DNA of 64,000 bases, from positions 2,108,001 through 2,172,000 of the forward strand of contig VRMN01000002.1 of the NCBI GenBank assembly GCA_008690995.1. Reading direction: 5' to 3'. Origin of the DNA: Porphyridium purpureum. Lineage: Eukaryota. Below the pieces are notes generated by a model. The model did no database searches and was not told the DNA's origin. It worked only from the letters and a program-made list of their open reading frames with translations. This document shows, piece after piece, positions 53,557-61,219 of the stretch; the first letter of the stretch is position 1; each line of letters starts with the position of its first letter. Both the position numbers and the translations under genes were made by a program.

Positions 53557-56500
53557 ATGGCGGTCGCTTCGCTCGATCCAGAGGAGGTGGACTTCATCCG
53601 GTTTGTGAAGGAGGGCCATTTGCGACTGTGCGCGGATGGACAAACGCGCGCCGACGACGCGCCGGAGCTTGTGGTTCCGCGCGTTCAGGACGACCTGATT
53701 GCGGCGGACTCGCGAGCGGGGTACTTGTTTGTGGGCGATCCTTCAGCATGTGCTCTCGCGGTCATGCGCCTGCGCGACTTTGAAAAGGAGGCCGAAACGC
53801 ACAGGGAACTCAAGCCAGACGCCGCGTTGCCACAAGCAGACACAGTGAAGCGGTTGGTGCTCGGAGAGGCGAACTATGTGTGCTCAGTACACGTATCCAG
53901 CGCAGATGTGGTGCAGGCGTGTATGTTCGCGGAAGGGCGTCGCGGTGATGCGGACGATGACACGGACGGCTTCACGGCAATGTTGGCGGTCGGAACAAGT
54001 GACCACCCACGTGCAACACGTGCAGATCAGGTACTGATTTACGACATGGCACACATTCACGCTTACATAGACGATCCGTCCAACCGCGCGACGATGCCAG
54101 CACCCGCAGTCACTCTCAGACCACGCGCACCTGAAGTCAGGATATCAAGATTTACATTCGTGCCCGCCAGTGTCCGGGCGACTTTTGCAGACCGCCCGTC
54201 TCGGTGCCCAGCAGACGTTATGTGGGTTCTCACGTCTGGAGCAGTTGAAATACGGAGCGTGACCCGGCAAGATGACGCGCTTGAGGTACACCGTGCAAAG
54301 AACGATGCAGATTTTGGAAGCCATGCCAGCGTGGTCGGCCCGCATCGTGTTTGCGTCGCCACGAGCAGCGCGTCCGTCCTATTCTATGACATTGATGCTC
54401 TGTCGTCATCGGCAAGTGGCGCGAGTGTGTCCCATCTCAGTGCGGACGATACTAGGCGGGTCCCTGCGCCAGCTTGCGATGAAGGTGAAGGGACAATCAT
54501 CATACACTGCGGATTGCTGTCACCTGTTCATCTTCTGGTCATCTACTACAATTTAGAGGATGCGATGAGCAACTTTGTAGTTGTAGATATGCAGACCTGG
54601 CAGCGAACGTCGCTCGGCATGCTGTGCCCGAGTATGGTGGAGATGGATGAGCAGGAGGACGAACAGTTTGATGAGACAGATCTAGCACCGCATATGTTTG
54701 TCCGCTGTATTCCGGACATGTCGTGCGCTGTCGTCGCGTCGTCGCAGTGCACCGATCTGGAAGTACTGCACTTCGATGCGGACCAAAGCACATGGCTCAA
54801 CTATCTTCTCCAAGAGGGTAGTCAGGCGAGTCTTCCGATGGCTATTCAGGGCCATGGTACTGAGGACACATATCCTGTGGGCCTTGCGCTGGACCTCACG
54901 CGTATGGATCCGGTCCTGCACCGCGATGCTGCGTCGGGTGCGTCGGATCTGCCGCCTATGCCTCGCGTTCTGGTTTTGTCCACAGCCTCGGTCGTGGTTC
55001 CCTTTTGCGTTGCTGATGACCGGCGCGACGTCCGGTGTGGTCTCTTGGGACCACCTGCGGTGCCCGTGGCGATCGCTTGGTCAGACTTACTGCGCAGTGT
55101 CAGCGCTACTCCAGAGATACAGCTGAGTGGGGATAAGGGGCAAACCCAGGCGCTCGCAAGCGCAGCATCGGCGCTCCTTCCCGACGATAGTTCTGTCGAC
55201 GAAAAATCTGATAGCGTGGACGGGGACGACGACGACGACGACGAAAAGGCTGGACGCTCATTTACAAGTCCAGCAGAAAGCGACAACCTGACAGATAGTG
55301 CCTCGAGGAGCTCAGGGTCGACGGCAAATGAGCAGGAACACGCTGACGCGCTGAACGAGCTGAAAGCTGTCTTGGAAGGTGGACTGGCTCTGGGCAAGGA
55401 CCCGTCGAGCGGAGCCGGTCGTGAAGAAGGTGGAGGCCGGAGCCGCGTTGATGCATCTGCATTAGGTCGTGAGACTCAATCGGGATTGTTTGCTCCGCAG
55501 CGCGTTGCCACGACGAGTGTGGAAATAACTAGTGATTCGATTGGGGCCAAGGTGCCGCCCGCATCCTTCGATGCGCCCGCGATTGCATCGTTTCCCGCTC
55601 GAGACGAGGCGCAGGCAAAAGAGACCAGACAGGGCGTCAGCAATGTTGCTCCCTTTGCGGTCCCATCGAGCGCATCCAAAAACGACAGGCGCGACGCCGT
55701 CGCTCGCGCGGCCGAAGCCCGCGCGCTTGGAGCACGTGCGCCGAGCGAAAGTGCGCCTAAATCCCATCAGAGCGGCCCTACTTCTCTTGAGACGCCCGTG
55801 CTTGAACCATCATCGGCTGAGAAATCGTCGACATCATCGCAGGCGGCGAACGCTTCTGATGCGACCGGAGTGACAGACGCGCAGTCACTGAAGCCTGAAA
55901 CGGGTCCGCCCGCACGGCCCGTGCCGCCGCGTGCGGACGACATCCAAGGTCAGGTTCAGGTGCTCATGGATGAAATACGGGAGGAGATGAACCAGACTGC
56001 GCAGCTTGTGGCAGACACGATCCAGACTGTGGAGACAAGGGACATAGAACTTTCCCACTTTTGCAAGCTTGTACGCGACGATGCTGGAAGTTTGTCTCGC
56101 AAACTCAAGGAGACTATGCGCATGCAGCGACTCCGTTTTGATCAGGTCCATGATCACGTCGATTGGCTAGGTAAAGCCAATGGACAGTACCAGCAAACGC
56201 TGTTTGAGATGAAGCGCAATCAGGAGCGCGCGCGGCTGGCAGCGGCGGCGGTGGAACATGCAAGCGAAGAAGCTGCGGACATTGATATTTATGAGCACAA
56301 ATTTGGAAATTCGCGGGCTGCTCGAAGTGTGCGCGCGTTGGAGGAAAAAATGGGGCTTGTGCGTGAAATGCTGGCGGGACTGAACGCGCAAATAGATCGC
56401 GATGCAAAAGCTATGCAGGAGTCAGAGCAAATTGGCGAGGCGCATGCCCAGACGCAGAGCCGTGCCACGCCATTGAGGTCCGTTTCGAGTGATGTGTATC

Positions 56501-59500
56501 GTCAGATCTACTCCACAATGAGTGCGCAGGGTATGCGCCTGAAACAGATAAGCTCGTTGCTTGAGAGTATTGAGAATGATGTTCTTTATTACGAGGGGAA
56601 TGGATCGTCCGAGCAACTTTTGCGGCGCCCAGGGAATGAGGATATGACTAGTACCCCATCTTCATCTCACCTTCAGAATCTTGCCGTGCGCCGAAGAGCA
56701 GGAGAATCACTTTTGGCGTCACCGTCTGCGTCGCGCTCATCTTATTCCTCTCATGTGATGATGACGCCATTGCCGCCGCACGCGCACAAGACCAGTCCAT
56801 CAACGGGAGTTAGGGCGTCAGGGCTTAGAGATCGCCCTAGCGCTTATAAGTATTCCGCGGCAAGTGCAGCAGGCGCGACCGGAAGGTCGACGACGAAATC
56901 ATCGCACGCATCGTACGCGTCAAGCACGAGCGGGACCCCATACTCGCAGCGCTCGCAGGTGAGCGAAGGAACACTGCGGGCTCTAAAGACGCTTTCATGT
57001 CGAAAGGAGCATCACGCCATTCGCGCAGATGCAAGATACGAAGCACTTTTCCCGTCACCAGCTGCCCCAATTGCGAAGGCGCCTTCATCAAAGGAGAAAG
57101 ACGGCAAGGCGACGACTCTGACTAGTATGAAATCAAGAGTATTTGAACCGCCGCAGCAGCCGGTACGCGCGCCAGTGCCGCCCAAACAATTTTCAGATGC
57201 GCGTCAGTTCGCGCAGGAACCGGTACATCAGGACAGCCGAGGCAAAACACACGATCATGGAGGCTTGTCGGCTGCCGACACACCCAGCGCATTCGGCTTT
57301 GATGCGCGTGCCGATGCACGTAGTTCGCACGCACCAGAAGATGATAGTCTTTATCGAGAGTCGTGGCATCGGGGATTTGAAGGGTCAGCGGTTAAGGATT
57401 CAGGATTTCATGCTGCGAAGTCTGACCCGAACGGTGCGAAATTACAGCAGTCCGCGTTGAAGACGGCAGCGCCTCAGCACATGCAAAGGCCGCAAGCTCG
57501 ACCGAATACGGGAGGTCTGCCGCCAGATGACTCGGTGTATGACAAGCCAAAGTCTGCAGCACAGCAGATGCAAAAGCCACAAGCTCGACCGAATACGGGA
57601 GGTCTACCGCCAGATGACTCGGTGTATGACAAGCCAAAGCCTGCAGCGCAGCAGATGCAAAAGCCGCAAGCTCGGCCGAGCGCAGGAGGTCTACCGCCGG
57701 ACGACTCGGTGTATGACAAGCCAAAGTCTGCAGCGCAGCAGATGCAAAAGCCGCAAGCTCGACCGAATACGGGAGGTCTACCGCCAGATGACTCGGTGTA
57801 TGACAAGCCAAAGCCTGCAGCGCAGCAGATGCAAAAGCCGCAAGCTCGGCCGAGCGCAGGAGGTCTACCGCCGGACGACTCGGTGTATGACAAGCCAAAG
57901 TCTGCAGCGCAGCAGATGCAAAAGCCGCAAGCTCGGCCAAGTGCAGGAGGTCTGCCGCCGGACGACTCGGTGTATGACAAGCCAAAGTCTGCAGCACAGC
58001 AGATGCAAAAGCCGCAAGCATGGCCTGGTTTCGGCAACATTTCTGGGGCCAGACAAGAGTCGGCTTCTGGCTCTGTAAGTGGTGGCAACCTTTTCTCAGA
58101 TTCGCGAACGGCACCTTCATTTACTGCTTCATCTTTCGCGGCCTCAAAGGATGGAAAACCAGAATTGGTGTCGAGCTTTAGTTTCGGTACCGCGCAGAGT
58201 GAATCTTCCAATGCATCGTTTGCACAGCCATCTCGTGTTGACATCAATGCAGCGGATGTGAAACAGGATCAGGACAAAGGCTCCTCGCCTTTTGGAGCTT
58301 CGCCACAGGAAAAGCCATCATTCTCGAGCTTTGGGGCAGCGTCTGCACGCAGCGGAAGTCTAGCCGGGGGGTTGAGTGGTCTAGGTGGGATAGCGGACGC
58401 ACTTTCTCTTGGTGATTCTGCGGCGAGCGGCAACGCAGAGACACCAGGACCGCCGTTTGGATCGACAGCGCCGGCGTTTGGATCGTCGCCACCGGCGTTT
58501 GGGTCAACCGCAGCAGCGTTCGGATCGACTGCGCCGGCGTTTGGATCGACTGCGCCGGCGTTTGGATCAACTTCTGCAGCGTTTGGATCGTCTGCACCAG
58601 CGTTTGGATCGTCTGCACCAGCATTTGGATCGTCTGCACCAGCGTTTGGAAAGTCAGCCATAGGATTTGCAGGTCAGTCTAGTGGGGGTCTCTCGGGGCC
58701 GACATCCTCGACTCCGTCTTCGGGGACCGGGGTCGGCTTTGGGAATGCAAGTGCACTCGGCGCGTCTTCGGCCCCCGGGAACACGCCCGCGTTTGGCTCT
58801 ACTGCGGCAGGTACGCCTGGTGCCGCTTTTCCGAGCTCCTCTACGTCGAACACTGGCTCTTTGTTCGGGCAAAGTGCTCAACTTGGCAGCGGTTTTGGAC
58901 AACCTTCAGCGTTTGGAGCCACCACACAGATGTCTTCGGCCAAAGGTACAGGTTTTGGCAATGCCAAATCTGGCAGCACGGCTTTTGGATCAGCGTCTCC
59001 GTTGGGCAGCGCGCCAAGCGCGTTTGGTTCGAGTTCGCCGCTTGGAAGTCTAGGGCCACAGAACACGACCGCGTTTGGCTCTGGCGCAATGAGTGGTACA
59101 GTCAGGCTTCCCGGCGGTGGATTTGGATCGGCTAGTGGCTCTGCTGGTACGAGCGGCTTTGGTGCGCTTGCGAATGGTGCAAGTACTGGCGGTGGATTCG
59201 GGCAGCCGTCTGGATTTGGCGCTGTGGCACAACAGGGCTCTACAGGATTTGGTACGCAGGGCTTTGGAACATCAGCACAACAAGCTCCAGCGTTTGGTAC
59301 GCCGTCTGGATTCGGCGCCGCCCAGCAGGCTGCGCCCTTTGGCGCCTCGTCTGGGTTTGGTGCCCCATCTGGTTTCGGAACCGCTCAATCAGGTTTCGGC
59401 CAGTCTGCTGCACAGTTTGGACAGTCAACGGCGTTTGGATCTTTGAACGGCATTGGAGCTGGCCAAGCGGGCGGAAATTCCGGTTTTGGTGGGCTCGCAC

Positions 59501-59577
59501 AGCAACCCACGTCGGGCTTTGGTGGACAGCCTCAGCCTCACGCGCCGGCTCCTTCTTTTGCCGCGCGCAGAATGTAA
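53557..59577 (+). CDS. NUP214: Nucleoporin Nup214/Nup159-like
   Basis: N-terminal beta-propeller-like region (DTYPVGLALD...PPMPRVLVLST), central coiled coil and long C-terminal FG-repeat domain, in Nup214 order. Confidence 0.85.
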   Translation: MAVASLDPEEVDFIRFVKEGHLRLCADGQTRADDAPELVVPRVQDDLIAADSRAGYLFVGDPSACALAVMRLRDFEKEAETHRELKPDAALPQADTVKRLVLGEANYVCSVHVSSADVVQACMFAEGRRGDADDDTDGFTAMLAVGTSDHPRATRADQVLIYDMAHIHAYIDDPSNRATMPAPAVTLRPRAPEVRISRFTFVPASVRATFADRPSRCPADVMWVLTSGAVEIRSVTRQDDALEVHRAKNDADFGSHASVVGPHRVCVATSSASVLFYDIDALSSSASGASVSHLSADDTRRVPAPACDEGEGTIIIHCGLLSPVHLLVIYYNLEDAMSNFVVVDMQTWQRTSLGMLCPSMVEMDEQEDEQFDETDLAPHMFVRCIPDMSCAVVASSQCTDLEVLHFDADQSTWLNYLLQEGSQASLPMAIQGHGTEDTYPVGLALDLTRMDPVLHRDAASGASDLPPMPRVLVLSTASVVVPFCVADDRRDVRCGLLGPPAVPVAIAWSDLLRSVSATPEIQLSGDKGQTQALASAASALLPDDSSVDEKSDSVDGDDDDDDEKAGRSFTSPAESDNLTDSASRSSGSTANEQEHADALNELKAVLEGGLALGKDPSSGAGREEGGGRSRVDASALGRETQSGLFAPQRVATTSVEITSDSIGAKVPPASFDAPAIASFPARDEAQAKETRQGVSNVAPFAVPSSASKNDRRDAVARAAEARALGARAPSESAPKSHQSGPTSLETPVLEPSSAEKSSTSSQAANASDATGVTDAQSLKPETGPPARPVPPRADDIQGQVQVLMDEIREEMNQTAQLVADTIQTVETRDIELSHFCKLVRDDAGSLSRKLKETMRMQRLRFDQVHDHVDWLGKANGQYQQTLFEMKRNQERARLAAAAVEHASEEAADIDIYEHKFGNSRAARSVRALEEKMGLVREMLAGLNAQIDRDAKAMQESEQIGEAHAQTQSRATPLRSVSSDVYRQIYSTMSAQGMRLKQISSLLESIENDVLYYEGNGSSEQLLRRPGNEDMTSTPSSSHLQNLAVRRRAGESLLASPSASRSSYSSHVMMTPLPPHAHKTSPSTGVRASGLRDRPSAYKYSAASAAGATGRSTTKSSHASYASSTSGTPYSQRSQVSEGTLRALKTLSCRKEHHAIRADARYEALFPSPAAPIAKAPSSKEKDGKATTLTSMKSRVFEPPQQPVRAPVPPKQFSDARQFAQEPVHQDSRGKTHDHGGLSAADTPSAFGFDARADARSSHAPEDDSLYRESWHRGFEGSAVKDSGFHAAKSDPNGAKLQQSALKTAAPQHMQRPQARPNTGGLPPDDSVYDKPKSAAQQMQKPQARPNTGGLPPDDSVYDKPKPAAQQMQKPQARPSAGGLPPDDSVYDKPKSAAQQMQKPQARPNTGGLPPDDSVYDKPKPAAQQMQKPQARPSAGGLPPDDSVYDKPKSAAQQMQKPQARPSAGGLPPDDSVYDKPKSAAQQMQKPQAWPGFGNISGARQESASGSVSGGNLFSDSRTAPSFTASSFAASKDGKPELVSSFSFGTAQSESSNASFAQPSRVDINAADVKQDQDKGSSPFGASPQEKPSFSSFGAASARSGSLAGGLSGLGGIADALSLGDSAASGNAETPGPPFGSTAPAFGSSPPAFGSTAAAFGSTAPAFGSTAPAFGSTSAAFGSSAPAFGSSAPAFGSSAPAFGKSAIGFAGQSSGGLSGPTSSTPSSGTGVGFGNASALGASSAPGNTPAFGSTAAGTPGAAFPSSSTSNTGSLFGQSAQLGSGFGQPSAFGATTQMSSAKGTGFGNAKSGSTAFGSASPLGSAPSAFGSSSPLGSLGPQNTTAFGSGAMSGTVRLPGGGFGSASGSAGTSGFGALANGASTGGGFGQPSGFGAVAQQGSTGFGTQGFGTSAQQAPAFGTPSGFGAAQQAAPFGASSGFGAPSGFGTAQSGFGQSAAQFGQSTAFGSLNGIGAGQAGGNSGFGGLAQQPTSGFGGQPQPHAPAPSFAARRM
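57481..58020 (+). repeat. 87-bp (29-aa) coding tandem repeat, 6 copies plus a partial, inside Nup214
   Basis: Units start at 57481, 57568, 57655, 57742, 57829, 57916 and 58003. Consensus MQKPQARP(NT/SA)GGLPPDDSVYDKPK(S/P)AAQQ. Confidence 0.97.
58453..58650 (+). repeat. 21-bp (7-aa) FG repeat array, AFGS(T/S)AP-type, 10 FG units
   Basis: FG codons recur at exact 21-nt spacing from 58456 to 58645. Confidence 0.93.
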
Positions 59578-59763
59578 ATTTGTACAGAGTGATTCTTTCA
59601 GCAATAGTGTGAATGTGTCGTGATCTGACATACTGCTTGCATTTTTTTAGTATTCCATACGATGTCGCGCGCGCGTGTGTGCGTCCTAGTGCCCGTAAAT
59701 CTGGACTCATGACGTTGGAGCTGCCGCCATGTTCCGCATAAGCTGATCTGTAAGCTGAGAGAC

Positions 59764-60300
59764 TCACTGTGGCATTCCGCCTTCGGCCATTCCCGCGGGC
59801 AGGTTGTACTTTTGAGCGATCTGCTGGAACTCTTTTTGCATCAAGGCCTTGCTCTGTGCGTATGCCTCAAGCATGGCCTCCGTGACGGACGCGGACACTG
59901 CGTCGGCGCCCTTCTGGAGCAGTTCGTCGCTGATGTCACAGCGCACGGGCACCTGCTGCCCCGTGATCACCATCTTGACCATGCCGTCCTTGCTGGTGAC
60001 CTCGAGCTCGCGATTCTTGAGCTCGTCCTGCATGACCTTTGTCTCCTCTGTGAAAAGCTTTGCGGTCTTCATTGCTTCCATGATATTGCCCATTCCGCCG
60101 AACGGGTTCCCGCCGCCGCCGGCCGGCTTGCTGTCGCCGCCTCCCATGCCCGGGAAGTTGCCAAACAAGCCGCCGCCCTTCTTGTCCTGCATGACGAGCG
60201 TCGCGCTGGCGCGGCGCACGGCGGCCGGCTTGGAGCACAGGGTGCTCTGGCGCGCAGACAGCGCCGCGGCGTTGATTCCACACGCAGATACAAACGCCAT
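59764..60300 (-). CDS. YbaB/EbfC family protein, plastid-targeted (STIC2-like)
   Basis: MAFVSA transit peptide, MGNIMEAMKTAK...MQDELKNRELEVTSKDGMVKMVITGQQVPVRCDISD. Confidence 0.9.
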   Translation of the reverse strand: MAFVSACGINAAALSARQSTLCSKPAAVRRASATLVMQDKKGGGLFGNFPGMGGGDSKPAGGGGNPFGGMGNIMEAMKTAKLFTEETKVMQDELKNRELEVTSKDGMVKMVITGQQVPVRCDISDELLQKGADAVSASVTEAMLEAYAQSKALMQKEFQQIAQKYNLPAGMAEGGMPQ

Positions 60301-60851
60301 GTCTCTGTTGCTCCGCGTCGCGTCAACTCTTTCTTACTCTCTCACACACACTCACACGCTGCTCCCGCACACGCTCCACGACTCGCGCAGCTCCTTCTCA
60401 CGCACAGCGCGCCGGCCGAACAACTGAACACCGCGCGCCGCAAAAGATCTCGCGCAACACTGTACTTCGACTTCCATACCAACTGTACTTTTATAACGTT
60501 AAAGAACGGGATCCGCCAGCCGAGCGGGCGCGGCACGGGTGTGCCGGTGGGAGCCGCGGGACGGCGCGCTGCGCCCGCACGCGGTGCGCGCAAACGCGCG
60601 AATGACTCTCCGATGCTTCCCTTGTGCACACAAGGACAGGACTGTGCACGCTCGGTTCGATGGAACGGTGGAGCGGCCAGCTAGTGCGGCGGTCTCCGCA
60701 TCGGCGCACGCGTACAATCTCACGCACACGCAGGCCAGCGTCGCACGCCAATCGGTTCGGTCCAGTCTAGTCTGATTCGGTTCGGTTCAAACCGGTCGCT
60801 CCCAAGTGAACTGGAACACATCCGGTTTGAACCGGTATTGATACCGGTTTA

Positions 60852-61181
60852 TGCGTGGCCGGACGCGACAAAACGCATAGTCTTTGATGATAGCGTCTTC
60901 GTGAAGCACGCGTATACCAAACGTGTACCAATAGTAAACTACTGGTGGCTAGCTGAAGCAAGAGGTCCACAACAAGACGACTTTACTCCTTAACACAACC
61001 TAGCTCTTGCCTCAAAAGGAGACAGAGCGCCGACTCGTCGGCCGTCTCTCACACTCTAATGATATACTACTGTGGTTAACCATTACGGTCACCAACCAAC
61101 GGAGAGTTGTCATCATTAAGTATTTGATGACTCCTCATCACGTCATCAGGCAGGCAGAGAGGGATGACTATATTCCACGCA
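60852..61181 (-). repeat. Putative 3' LTR (330 bp) of the copia element
   Basis: TG...CA termini with a perfect 7-bp inverted repeat (TGCGTGG at 60852, CCACGCA ending 61181), directly after the polypurine tract. The 5' LTR is outside the window. Confidence 0.65.
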
Positions 61182-61188
61182 CCCCCTC
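61182..61188 (-). other. Polypurine tract (GAGGGGG) of the retrotransposon
   Basis: Typical copia PPT, about 30 nt after the pol stop and adjacent to TG. Confidence 0.75.
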
Positions 61189-61219
61189 ATCACTTCTGCG
61201 CTGGCTGCAAAGGAACGAA

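Noticed and set aside
57481..58020. 87-bp repeats as a CRISPR-like array
   Set aside because: No unique spacers, the unit is a multiple of 3, and it lies in frame within a eukaryotic nucleoporin.
60900..61179. Alternative LTR with non-canonical CG...CG ends (CGTGAA / TTCCACG)
   Set aside because: The longer 60852-61181 interval has canonical TG...CA ends and a perfect 7-bp inverted repeat. The second LTR is needed to settle it.
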